NCBI GenBank assembly: GCA_046704085.1
Contig: JBJKSJ010000251.1
Location: 12,983 to 76,982 of the forward strand
From: Ktedonobacterales bacterium
Lineage (GTDB): Bacteria > Chloroflexota > Ktedonobacteria > Ktedonobacterales > DATBGS01
DNA: 64,000 nucleotides
Direction of reading: 5' to 3'
Part shown: positions 46,701-55,240 of the stretch, in pieces
Numbering within the stretch: the first letter of the stretch is position 1
How the letters are laid out: each line of letters begins with the position of its first letter
The notes under the pieces: generated by a model
Seen by the model: the letters and a program-made list of their open reading frames with translations, nothing else
The model's database searches: none
What the model was told of the DNA's origin: nothing
Program-made: the position numbers and the translations under genes

Positions 46701-46900
46701 GCGACATCTTGCAACTGGTGGCCGAAGGGTGCTCCAACCAGCAGATTGCCGAGTACCTGATCCTCAGCCTGCACACGGTCAAACTCCACGTCAAGCATCT
46801 CCTGGCGAAACTAGGCGCAACGAATCGCACCCAGGCCGTGGCCCGTGCCCATGCCCTCCACCTCCTCGCTCGTGAAGAGGACACCGCTCCCTCCGAATAA
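43754..46900 (+). CDS. Large ATP-binding LuxR-family regulator (LAL/MalT-like STAND NTPase with TPR-like sensor and C-terminal LuxR HTH)
   Basis: Walker A SAPAGSGKTTLL, Walker B VLILDDVH, long helical repeat region, C-terminal LSERERDILQLVAEGCSNQQIAEYLILSLHTVKLHVKHLLAKLGATNRTQAV. Also carries a roughly 100-aa unassigned N-terminal domain (YLVYEQ...WYAWLE...FTFTGEEGTFTAHKA...RGGWYWRAYRRKQGRLSRCYLG). Confidence 0.9.
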   Translation: MQNLSPTAGTVQNGYLVYEQQDQHVVVLLDTPSWYAWLETATTFTFTGEEGTFTAHKAPAGNRRGGWYWRAYRRKQGRLSRCYLGVSTNLTLSKLREVARRLAAEAESQGSGKADEDAQPVSHVPKSLQGLTSTLILQTSITPPRLPAPHVARPRLLALLEQGMRGPLTLISAPAGSGKTTLLAAWAAMTTRPVAWLSCEEGENDPARLLSALIAALARLDARLGTAAEIDRPWHPDEHERVLTRLLNDLERLLPDEAVLILDDVHQLTTEASQTLLLFLLSHLPSRLCVLIGTRGDLPRLAHWRARNQIVELHGQDLGFVSAEVEAFVHEMGLPLDSEAIRLLEERTEGWIAGIQLVTLALRGHADAARVLRTTGLTHRFLLDYVREEILMPQPPEMQRFLLRTSILERLTGPLCESVTGESGGQRKLATLLHENLFVSALDDTETWYRSHPLFAETLRTLLQQQEPALVPDLYRRAGRWYEQHGWAEEACEYALRSGDLPHAAHLLEDLVPSLVEQGKLVLLSRWLDRLPQALITASVSLSLASIWIQPLRTSEPPDPDQVSKHLTMLLEIHAQDDPESQVALQRELALHQAARALAQGNIPQALAHAAEVTHSLQGRETAWSRFTLWRQQVLLGAAYRARGDLRTSEQMWRNAYPAGGTIPNQLVLSFLDDLYEEQGRLREMGRLYEDVFRSCRAQRDPPLLLLAWADWRSGALHCEWNRLQEAEAAAQQLLALDLLPDSVRPIPEFALFGLRIQAHVALAQGNSEWARRLLEREEFDVARFPIPQARKDLLILVPVRLALACGQLESALRWAATCGVRYDDPLTTPLARQHYVRYVTLARVLIARGRGHRNSLSLAQARLLLERLLDIAIGAGAQGRRIEVQMLLALTLYAQGKTKQALSTLGPILAQAEPEGYLRLFADEGAAMAHLLALIGPFTTASPDYLQRIQAAIAPAWLAQPDPSTLVGARSTPYEPLSERERDILQLVAEGCSNQQIAEYLILSLHTVKLHVKHLLAKLGATNRTQAVARAHALHLLAREEDTAPSE

Positions 46901-46957
46901 CTCTTTCGAGGGAAGACATCCTGGCTGTTTTGCTGTAGGCTCCTCAGAAGAAGGGGA

Positions 46958-46972
46958 ATAACAATATGTTAT
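46958..46972. promoter_or_regulatory. AT-rich 6-3-6 palindrome upstream of the ABC-2 operon
   Basis: ATAACA-ATA-TGTTAT, 17 nt before the ATG at 46989, between the LuxR stop and the ABC ATPase. Confidence 0.3.
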
Positions 46973-46988
46973 ATACAAGGGAGGACCG

Positions 46989-47933
46989 ATGAACGCGATC
47001 GAAACGACCCACTTGACGCGGACCTTCGGCAGCCTGGTGGCGGTGGATGACCTGACGCTGGCTATTCCCGAAGGGACCGTCTTTGGGTTCCTGGGACCCA
47101 ATGGCGCGGGCAAAACGACTACCGTGCGCCTGCTCTCGGCCTTGATTGCCCCCACGCGCGGGAGCGCGATGGTGGCAGGCCAGCGCCTAGGCGAGGACAA
47201 CGAGGCGATTCGGCACGCCGTTGGGATCCTCACCGAGACGCCGGGCCTGTATGACCGCCTGAGCGCCTGGCAAAATCTGCTGTTTTTTGCGGAGTTATAT
47301 GATCTCCCCGCCGAGCGCGCTTCTAGCCAGGTCGAACGCTATCTGCGTCTGCTCGACCTGTGGGAGCGGCGCGACGACAAGGTCGGCGGCTTCTCCAAGG
47401 GAATGCGCCAGAAGCTGGCGATTGCCCGCGCCTTGCTGCATGAACCAAAAGTGATCTTCCTCGATGAGCCCACGGCTGGCCTCGATCCGGAAGCCGCGCG
47501 GGTGGTGCGCGACTTCATCAAGGGATTGCGTGCGGAGGGACGCACCATCTTTCTGACCACGCATAATCTGCCCGAGGCCGATGAACTCTGCGATCTGATC
47601 GGGGTGTTTCGCGCGCGGCTGCTGCGCCTGGGCACCCCAGCGAGTTTACGCGCGGGCATGTTTGGGACGGGCACTCAGGTACGCGTCGTCGGAGACGCCG
47701 CACGCTGGATCGAGACCGTTCGCGCCCTGGCCTTTGTCCGGGAGGCAACTGCCGAAAACGGCACCCTCTCCGTCAGTATGGAGCATCCCGATGAGCAGAA
47801 TCCTGAACTGGTGCAGGCACTCCTCCATGCCGGGGCGCAGATACTCGCGGTGGAACCGATCTCCCATTCCCTTGAGGAGGTGTACCTGGAACTGGTGGAG
47901 AGTGAACACAAAACTGGGGCTATCAGCCACTAA
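46989..47933 (+). CDS. ABC transporter ATP-binding protein (ABC-2 type), paralog of 8282-9307
   Basis: GPNGAGKTTTVRLLS, FSKGMRQKLAIARALLHEP, FLDEPTAGLDPEAAR, TTHNL. Alignable over its full length with the first ATPase. Confidence 0.9.
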   Translation: MNAIETTHLTRTFGSLVAVDDLTLAIPEGTVFGFLGPNGAGKTTTVRLLSALIAPTRGSAMVAGQRLGEDNEAIRHAVGILTETPGLYDRLSAWQNLLFFAELYDLPAERASSQVERYLRLLDLWERRDDKVGGFSKGMRQKLAIARALLHEPKVIFLDEPTAGLDPEAARVVRDFIKGLRAEGRTIFLTTHNLPEADELCDLIGVFRARLLRLGTPASLRAGMFGTGTQVRVVGDAARWIETVRALAFVREATAENGTLSVSMEHPDEQNPELVQALLHAGAQILAVEPISHSLEEVYLELVESEHKTGAISH

Positions 47934-47957
47934 GCGCGAAGAAAGAGCGTGACCCCG

Positions 47958-48722
47958 ATGCACAAAGTGTTTGTGATCCTGCGCAAAGAGTTTCGCGAGA
48001 TCCGCCAGCAACGGATTCTCCTGTTCAGCATTCTCCTGCCGCCGCTGCTGTTCGTCTTGCTGCCCCTCTTTTACCTGCAACTGGGCGGCAATGGGTCGAG
48101 GGCCAGTACGCTGCACGTTCCCTCCCTCCAGGGGTTGACCCTCCACGAGTACACGCAGGGACTGATTGGCACTATATTCTCGAACATCTTTCTCCTGCTG
48201 TCGATGATTGTGCCCAGTACGATTGCGGCCTACAGTATCATTGGCGAGAAGACCAACCACACGCTTGAGCCGGTGTTGGCCACGCCGGTGCGCCGCTGGC
48301 AACTGTTGGCAGGCAAGATTCTGTCCGCGTTGCTGCCGGCGGTGCTGGTCACCTGGGTGAGTGGCGGTTTGTTCATCGCGGACCTGGCGATCGTGACCGA
48401 TGTCAATGTGGTCTCCCATGTGGTCACCGAGGGCTGGCTTATCCTCTTTCTCGCCGGAACGCCGCTCTTGGGGCTGATCGCGGTCTCAGTCATGACCGCC
48501 ATTTCCTCGCGGGTCAACGATACCCGCACGGCGCAACAACTTTCGATCTGGGCGGTGGTGCCCATCGTGGGGATCATCCTGGGCGAACTCTTCGGCCAGT
48601 TTGAACTCACCGTGTTCGTCGCAGTCATCGCCACCCTGATCCTGATCCCGATTGCGCTCGTCTTGACCTGGGGGGCGGCCCAACTGTTTCAGCGTGAAAC
48701 CATTCTCACCCGCTGGAAGTAG
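47958..48722 (+). CDS. ABC-2 type transporter permease, paralog of 7473-8285
   Basis: Six TM segments and C-terminal LFQRETILTRWK. The ATG at 47958 has better RBS spacing than the GTG at 47949. Confidence 0.8.
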   Translation: MHKVFVILRKEFREIRQQRILLFSILLPPLLFVLLPLFYLQLGGNGSRASTLHVPSLQGLTLHEYTQGLIGTIFSNIFLLLSMIVPSTIAAYSIIGEKTNHTLEPVLATPVRRWQLLAGKILSALLPAVLVTWVSGGLFIADLAIVTDVNVVSHVVTEGWLILFLAGTPLLGLIAVSVMTAISSRVNDTRTAQQLSIWAVVPIVGIILGELFGQFELTVFVAVIATLILIPIALVLTWGAAQLFQRETILTRWK

Positions 48723-48934
48723 CAGCCTGTGACCTGGCCTATGTGGCCCGCGAACGGGCCACATAGGCCGTATCGCCCTTGATACCAAGATCTTTCTTGT
48801 TGCTGAGACTCGGAATGTTCGCCCTTGGTGTCTATCTGGCCCGTCAGCGGCATAATTGGTCGTCGCCAGACTGAGGGATGACCGGGATGCCTGTTTTGTG
48901 CATATCCCCGGCTGCCACTGAGAAGGAGTTGGAG

Positions 48935-50512
48935 ATGCTTATCCTGAAGCGGCCCGGCACACGAGGAGGTTTTGTGGCCACCCTGGCACTCGCCGCCTTG
49001 CTCGCAGCGTGCGGCGGCGCGCCGTCAGTACAAGGCACCCCTACGCCGATGGCCTGCAACACGCCGACCGCAGCCGGTGCTACGTCTGTACCACCCGGCG
49101 CCCCCGTGGAGGATATCTGCTACGCGACGGAGTGGCCTGCCCCGAATGGGGACCTGTACAACACGCGGGTCGCGCACTCGACCATTGCTTCGACGAACGT
49201 GTCGAAGCTGGGAGTTGCCTGGACGGTCCCCCTGCAAGGCAAGGGTGCTGATGGTGCAGACGTTGCCAATCCGGTGATTGCCAACGGCATCGCCTACCTT
49301 CAAGATGGGGCTTCCAATGTCATCGCGGTGCAGAATGCGACTGGCCGGGTCCTCTGGACACACGACTACAACTCTCCTGAGATTTCTGGGCCAAACGGCG
49401 TGACCATCGCCAATGGCAGAATCTACGGCGTTACCGCGAGTGGGGTGTTCGCCCTGGATGCGCAAACAGGCCAGCAAGTATGGTATGATACGCATCTCGC
49501 GGCAGGTAAGGTCAACTTCGACATCGCCCCACAGGTAGCCAACGGCAAAGTCTTCGTCGCGTCGGCGATCACCGTTGGTGGCGGCATCATCTATGCCCTC
49601 AACGACAACACCGGCGCCACGCTCTGGAGCTTCCAGACGGTGGTAGACAAGGTAGGCCAGCAACTCAAGGCGACCGCAGGGGGTGCTTGGGATGCCATGC
49701 TGATCGGCCCGGATAACTCCGTCTACGCGGGTATCGGCAATCCGTACCTCTCGCTCCAGGAGGCGCAGGCGACCCCCAGTCGTGAATTGTACACGGATAG
49801 TATAGTCAAGCTCAATCAAACGACGGGGCAGTTGGAGTGGTATTACCAGGCATTCCCCAACGACTTTCATGATTGGGATCTGCAAATCTCGCCCATCTAT
49901 ACCACGGTTGCCGGGCGCCCGGTGGTGCTCGCCGCTGGCAAAGGGGGGGTGGTGTTTGCCTTCGACGCCGCGAGCGGCCAGGTGCTGTGGAAGACCTCAG
50001 TCGGTATCCATAACGGACACGACGATGACGGCCAGATGGCCCTCGACGGCACGCTCCACTTACAGACACCGTACACGCTGGAACCAGGAGAAGTCGGCGG
50101 GGTGGAGACGAACATGGCTGCTGCGGACGGCGTGGTGTATGTGCCGGTTGATGACCTGCCAGAAACGTTCGCGACTGCCACCGCCCGTGTTGGCACATCA
50201 AACTTCGCCCAGGGTAAAGGAGAGATGGTTGCCATCGACATAGCCACAGGGAAGCCACTGTGGACAACCCAACTGCCACAATTGCCGTTGGGAGGGGCGA
50301 CGGTCTCCAATGATCTCGTGTTGACGACCACGTTGACCGGCGAACTCATCGCGCTCGCGCGCCAGGATGGATCGGTTGTCTGGACGGCGCAGCTTCCGGG
50401 CGGCTCGAATACGACGTTGGCTATCGTTGGGAATACGCTGCTCGCTGGGGCGGGCATCCCGCTGACTACGGCGCAGCACCCAGTGGTGGCCGCCTATCGA
50501 CTTGGCGCGTAG
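48935..50512 (+). CDS. Lipoprotein with PQQ-like (BamB/YncE-type) beta-propeller repeats
   Basis: Lipobox LALAALLAACGG. Repeated blocks (G..Y....dG.v.AldA.TG..lW) at VIAVQNATGRVLW, VFALDAQTGQQVW, IYALNDNTGATLW, VFAFDAASGQVLW, MVAIDIATGKPLW, LIALARQDGSVVW. Confidence 0.8.
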   Translation: MLILKRPGTRGGFVATLALAALLAACGGAPSVQGTPTPMACNTPTAAGATSVPPGAPVEDICYATEWPAPNGDLYNTRVAHSTIASTNVSKLGVAWTVPLQGKGADGADVANPVIANGIAYLQDGASNVIAVQNATGRVLWTHDYNSPEISGPNGVTIANGRIYGVTASGVFALDAQTGQQVWYDTHLAAGKVNFDIAPQVANGKVFVASAITVGGGIIYALNDNTGATLWSFQTVVDKVGQQLKATAGGAWDAMLIGPDNSVYAGIGNPYLSLQEAQATPSRELYTDSIVKLNQTTGQLEWYYQAFPNDFHDWDLQISPIYTTVAGRPVVLAAGKGGVVFAFDAASGQVLWKTSVGIHNGHDDDGQMALDGTLHLQTPYTLEPGEVGGVETNMAAADGVVYVPVDDLPETFATATARVGTSNFAQGKGEMVAIDIATGKPLWTTQLPQLPLGGATVSNDLVLTTTLTGELIALARQDGSVVWTAQLPGGSNTTLAIVGNTLLAGAGIPLTTAQHPVVAAYRLGA

Positions 50513-50581
50513 GGGTGCAGCATACCCACTGATTCTGCTCCAACATGGCAAGCGCACTCTCAAGAGAAAGGTGCAGCCACC

Positions 50582-50821
50582 ATGGCATCATCACACGAAC
50601 ACACCGATGCGGCCTCTGCGGCTGGCAAGGCACGCTTACCTTCCGCCTTGGCGGCTGTTGATATTCGCAAATCACTTCCTCTGGGACATGAGCGGATCGA
50701 CATTTTGAAGGGCATCACCCTGTGCATTCAAAAAGGCGAGTTTGTGGTTCTCATCGGCCCCTCTGGCTCAGGCAAATCGACGCTGCTGGGCTTCATCACC
50801 GGGCTGAAACGGGTGCCATGA
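50582..50821 (+). pseudogene. N-terminal fragment of a MacB/LolD-type ABC ATPase
   Basis: [35 protein letters not shown], then a stop. The Q-loop, signature and Walker B are absent. Confidence 0.7.
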
Positions 50822-50871
50822 TACAGAAGAGATACGGTGCCCCATGAAGAGAGGCGAGTGAATTTACCACG

Positions 50872-51198
50872 ATGCCCTTGACCTTTGAGCAAGATGTCGA
50901 ATCTTATGCCCAACTTGGGGTAGAGGCGATTGAGGTCTGCGAATTCAAACTGGACGAGCGGCGCATAAACGAGCAACTGGCGCTGATTGCAAAGCACGGG
51001 CTGGTGATCAGTTCAGCCCACCCCGGCATCCGCACGCTGTTCCTCAGCCAATCGCAGCCGGAGCCAGCAGATCCACGCGAGCGCATGGCGTTGTTCTCTT
51101 GGACCATCCGGCGCTTTGGCGCGCTGGCAGAGGGCGTGCCGTGCAGGAGGCTGTGTATCGCACTGGAATTCCCAAGGAATATGTTTGGGGTATCGTGA
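50872..51198 (+). pseudogene. Fragment of a xylose-isomerase-like TIM-barrel (sugar phosphate isomerase/epimerase) gene
   Basis: FEQDVESYAQLGVEAIEVCEFKLDE...LIAKHGLVISSAHPG...RERMALFSWTIRRFGALAEG, then a collapse into ...CIALEFPRN and a stop. About 108 of the expected 270-290 aa. Confidence 0.55.
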
Positions 51199-51624
51199 GG
51201 TTGCCGTCAATGATGAAGCGTAGGTAAGTTCGTTTTTCAGCGCGTGGTCGGCAGGCGCGCACCACTGGGAACAAGCTATCAGACATTTTCGTGAAACGGT
51301 GGAAAGCGTCCACTGCTTATCATGCAACTGAACAAAGTGAGACGAATGGCCCACTCTCTCTGGTCAGCCTGCGCCTGTCGTTCGAAACGAGAGATGCACC
51401 AATCTGGGGAGAATTACCACGACCTTATTTCATGCCCAGGAGGGAGTGCCTGGCAGGCGATGATAGAAGTTGGTCGTTCGTGTGATGGATGGTTCTCTTG
51501 ATGATGCGATGAGCCACTTGTAACCTTTCTTGCTCATGTCGAGGAACCTCTACACCATGCGTGAGAAAACGACCGGCAGAGCGCCCATGACATACCAGGC
51601 AGTTGTTGCCAACCCCATCCAGAA

Positions 51625-52446
51625 CCACCTTATATCCTGGCACTTGATGTGGGGACCTCATCAACGCGCACATTACTGTTTGATGCGCTGGGGCTTGGGT
51701 CGCACCTGCAAGCTGAGGATATTGTGATTGATTGCGGCAACTCCTTCTATCGTCATGATATTCGCCGTACGGCTGCCTTAAAGCCGCAGGGGATCCAGAA
51801 TAACGATGTCGGCACCAGCGGCGGTGTCTGGGGACTGGAGCGCGGCTACTGCTTGATGATTGGCGGCGAACCAAATCCGGTCCGGCGTCTCGACCCCATC
51901 TTTGCCGAGCTGGCACCAGGCATCGATGCCGCGCCGTGCATGCCTGGGAGCGAAAAGGGGGCGGCACGGAAGCGCAGGGCTATCTGCACTGCGGCCCCAC
52001 CGGAGCGGGGCATTTGGTCAAGATGGTGCATAACGGCACCGAGTATGGGTTTAATGGCCGCTTATGCGGAGGGGCTCCATGTGATGCAGAATGCCGACAT
52101 TGGCAAACGCCAGCAGGAGGTTGACGCCGAAACCGCGCCGTTGCTCGACCCGGAATACTATCAATATGACCTGAATCTGGCTGCTATTGCCGAACTTTGG
52201 CGGCGGGGCAGCGTCATCGGTTCCTGGCTGCTGGACCTCACTGCGCAGGCGCTCTTGATAAGCTCGGATCTGGCGACCTTTTTTGGCCGCGTCGCCGATT
52301 CCGGCGAAGGGCGCTGGACGATTGCCGCCGCAATTGACGAGGCGGTCCTCATGCCAGTACTCAGTTCGGCGCTGCTGGAACGCGCTGTCGCAGTGCAGGT
52401 GACGCTGCTGGAGACGGCATTTGCCGCCTTGACCAGAGTGTGGTGA
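51625..52446 (+). pseudogene. Chimeric relic: FGGY carbohydrate (gluconate-type) kinase N-terminal stub fused to a 5'-truncated, twice-frameshifted 6-phosphogluconate dehydrogenase
   Basis: PPYILALDVGTSSTRTLLFDALG (FGGY phosphate-1 motif) runs directly into EDIVIDCGNSFYRHDIRR...[21 protein letters not shown] (6PGDH from about residue 95). [24 protein letters not shown] is in another frame, with breaks at the G5 run 51957-51961 and at GGGTTT 52047-52052. Then LMAAYAEGL...WRRGSVIGSWLLDL...DSGEGRWT. Confidence 0.7.
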
Positions 52447-52625
52447 TTTACGAGCGCACGGGCCTCAAGACGCCCGACATCTCCATTCTCTCCGACGCGT
52501 TTCTGGCTGAGGTGCGCGACCTGCTGCACCGCAACCTGGCCCTGAAACTATTGGTGAAGTTGCTGGGCAATGAGTGTAGGGACTGCTGTGTTCAGTTTTG
52601 CCTTCCTCTGGATGGGCTGGACTGA
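52440..52625 (+). pseudogene. Decayed relic of a type I restriction enzyme HsdR C-terminal region (copy A)
   Basis: [45 protein letters not shown] parallels [46 protein letters not shown] at 63700-63835. Nucleotide similarity is obvious over about 120 nt and weaker up to 52625. Confidence 0.6.
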
Positions 52626-52683
52626 GGCTGCTCTGTATGGGTATGGTTGCGCTCGCCCTAAGCGCCCAAGTCTTCTTTTGCCG

Positions 52684-53061
52684 TTAGCCCTGCGCCTCGC
52701 GCAAAACTTCGGAGGCCACGCGGAAGCCATCTACCCCTGCTGGGATGCCGCAGTAGACCGCTACCTGCAAGAGTACCTCTTGAATCTCCTCCTGGGTGCA
52801 TCCGTTACGCAGCGCGCCCCGCACATGCAATGCGAGTTCTTGTGGGCGGTTCAGCGCCGCCAGCAGCCCGACGTTCAACAGGCTACGCAGTCTGGGAGGC
52901 AGCCCTGGACGTGTCCAGATTGTCCCCCAACATATCTCCGTCACCAAGTCTTGCAGCGGGCGATTGAAATCGGTCGTATTCGCCAGTGACCTATCAACAT
53001 ACTCATCGCCAAGAACAGCCCGCCGCTGCGCGAGACCAGCCTCGAAGGTGTCTTTGTTCAT
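52684..53061 (-). CDS. pcaC: Carboxymuconolactone decarboxylase family protein (PcaC-like)
   Basis: 125 aa. WGTIWTRPGLPPRLRSLLNVGLLAALNRPQELALHVRGALRNGCTQEEIQEVLLQVAVYCGIPA is the canonical CMD/PcaC core. Confidence 0.75.
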   Translation of the reverse strand: MNKDTFEAGLAQRRAVLGDEYVDRSLANTTDFNRPLQDLVTEICWGTIWTRPGLPPRLRSLLNVGLLAALNRPQELALHVRGALRNGCTQEEIQEVLLQVAVYCGIPAGVDGFRVASEVLREAQG

Positions 53062-53143
53062 TACGGTTTTCCTTTCTTACGTGTCTGATTTGCCAGATTG
53101 CTAAGAATCTGGAGTGCGATAGCAGCATGATCCTCTGTATAGT

Positions 53144-54385
53144 TTAGCAGGGGGACATTGGATAAATCGCCGCTCGCTCAGCTACATCGAGCGGAAAGAC
53201 GGTATATTGCTTGCCATCTGGTTGCAATTGCACCACGGCCATCGGTTTATAGATATTAGCCCCATCCGAGTCAAACTTAATCCTCCCATAAAACGTCATC
53301 ACGTCAAGCTGTGCCAGCGCTGCGCGCACATCATACGGATTGATGCTTCCTGCTTGTTCCAGCGCCTGCTGAAAGGCGATCACCGCCGCCGAAGCATCGG
53401 CAACCTCATAGGGAATTTCTTGATAGGAAGGATATTGCGCAATGAAAGCTGAAGTGTAAGACTTTGGGGTTCCCCATGGATCCCTGCCCTCATATTTCAG
53501 CGCGCTGGTCCACTGGGTCGCGCCAAAGATGTCATCGGCCTGGTTTTGCAAGTAGGCGCGAAAAAGGGTCGAAGAGGGTCCGACGCTAAAGCCCATCGCT
53601 TTGGGGGAGATACACAATTCTTTCGCCTGCTTCGCCAGTAGCAGCGTATCCTGAATGTGGCCTGCGCCTAAGAGCAGGTCTGGATGCAGCGCTTTGATCG
53701 CCTGCAGTTGTGAAGTGAGGTCTTGCGTATTTGCCGGATAAAAGCCTTGATAGATCACCTGTATCCCCCGACTCTGGGCATATTCAACCGCGCCAGCCAC
53801 AACCTCTTTGGAGAAGGAATCCTCCGCGCCCAACAAGGCCACCGTCTTCGCGTTGGGATCCCTCTCCAGGACGATGGCAATAATCCCACGTAAATAGTCA
53901 GTGGCTGGACTCAGCACACCAAATACGTAGCGATAGCCATGAGCAAAAATGCTGTCCGCCGAACCATTAGAACTTACCAGCGGCAAATGATAGCGTTCGG
54001 CCAAGGGCGCGACCGCTTCGGTCAGGTCCGAGCTATAGGGACCGAGGAGAAAATTGACCTGATCTTTGTTGATAAGTTGCTCATAAAGTTGGACTGCCAG
54101 CTCAGGTTGTGATTCGTCGTCATAATAGCGCAGTGCTAAACGATAGACCTTGTTGCCAATCACCAGCCCTCCATGCTGGTTGATCGTATTGATCGCCATA
54201 AGATAGCCGTCGCGGGTGTACTGGCCCTCCTGCGCCAGTTCTCCGGTAATGGAAATGCTTGCGCCAAAGGTAATCGTGCCTCCGGCGCTGTCACCTCCGC
54301 CCCAGGCGGGGATACAGCCAGTCAAGAGGAGGCATATGGATGCCGCCAGCAGTGGAGTACATCCCCTTTGAAAGCAGCGCCACAT
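53144..54385 (-). CDS. ABC transporter substrate-binding lipoprotein, Leu/Ile/Val-binding-protein family (PBP type 1), copy 1
   Basis: Lipobox LLLTGC. ITFGASISITGELAQEGQYTRDGYLMAINTINQHGG, LLGPYSS, and YGRIKFDSDGAN near the C-terminus. Paralog of 61815-63134. Start is 54385 or 54409. Confidence 0.85.
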   Translation of the reverse strand: MWRCFQRGCTPLLAASICLLLTGCIPAWGGGDSAGGTITFGASISITGELAQEGQYTRDGYLMAINTINQHGGLVIGNKVYRLALRYYDDESQPELAVQLYEQLINKDQVNFLLGPYSSDLTEAVAPLAERYHLPLVSSNGSADSIFAHGYRYVFGVLSPATDYLRGIIAIVLERDPNAKTVALLGAEDSFSKEVVAGAVEYAQSRGIQVIYQGFYPANTQDLTSQLQAIKALHPDLLLGAGHIQDTLLLAKQAKELCISPKAMGFSVGPSSTLFRAYLQNQADDIFGATQWTSALKYEGRDPWGTPKSYTSAFIAQYPSYQEIPYEVADASAAVIAFQQALEQAGSINPYDVRAALAQLDVMTFYGRIKFDSDGANIYKPMAVVQLQPDGKQYTVFPLDVAERAAIYPMSPC

Positions 54386-54482
54386 ACGACACCTCGTTTT
54401 CTGGATCATCTGCTGATCCGCAGCGTTGAACAAGAGCAGGTCTGGCAGCAAGGCAAGCGGCCCCAGGCGGCGCGGTTGCCCT

Positions 54483-55175
54483 TCATGAAGCTATAAAACG
54501 ATAGCCCGCGCCCGCTTCCGTCACGAAATAGCGCGGGTTGGCTGGATCAGGCTCCAGTTTATGGCGCAAACGGCCCATATAGACGCGCAGGTATTCAGCT
54601 TCTTCGCCATATTCAGCGCCCCACACGCGCTGTAAGAGCATCCGATGCGTGAGTACCTTGCCGGCATTCGTTACAAGCTGCTCCAGCAAGGCAAACTCTG
54701 TGGGCGTCAGCCGGACATTTTCCCCGCAGAGCCGGACGACACGCCCCTCAAGGTCAATCTCCAGATCGCCATAGCGGCGCACGCCCGACGCGGGCGGCAG
54801 CGCGAACCACTGCCCCCGCCGCAGCGCCGCCCGGACTCGCGCCATCAATTCTTCCACGCCGAAAGGTTTTGTCAGGTAATCATCAGCGCCCAGATCAAGC
54901 GCCGCCACTTTGTCGCGCTCGTCATCCAGCGCCGTCAGGATGATGATGGGCACTGTCGACATCTCGCGGATGCGGCGGCAGACCTCCAGCCCATCCATCT
55001 GAGGCATCATGATATCGAGGATCAGCAATTGCGGATGGTCTGTTTCCCACAGCCTGAGCGCTTCAAGGCCGTTGCTCGCCTCCAGCACGGCGAAGTCCCG
55101 CGCGCGCAAGTTGCGGCAGATGAAGGCCCGCAGTTCCAACTCATCCTCAGCAACCAGAACTCGTTTCGTTGGCAT
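54483..55175 (-). CDS. OmpR/PhoB-family response regulator
   Basis: Receiver domain VLVAEDE...LLILDIMMPQMDG...LTALDD...KP. Winged-helix output LTPTEFALLEQL...YLRVYMGRLRHKLE...GAGYRF. Confidence 0.9.
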   Translation of the reverse strand: MPTKRVLVAEDELELRAFICRNLRARDFAVLEASNGLEALRLWETDHPQLLILDIMMPQMDGLEVCRRIREMSTVPIIILTALDDERDKVAALDLGADDYLTKPFGVEELMARVRAALRRGQWFALPPASGVRRYGDLEIDLEGRVVRLCGENVRLTPTEFALLEQLVTNAGKVLTHRMLLQRVWGAEYGEEAEYLRVYMGRLRHKLEPDPANPRYFVTEAGAGYRFIAS

Positions 55176-55240
55176 GGTGATCTCCTTTGACCAGGGCAGA
55201 AACTTTTGCCTGCACCCCGCGTCAGCGCGAGGAGTCCAGA

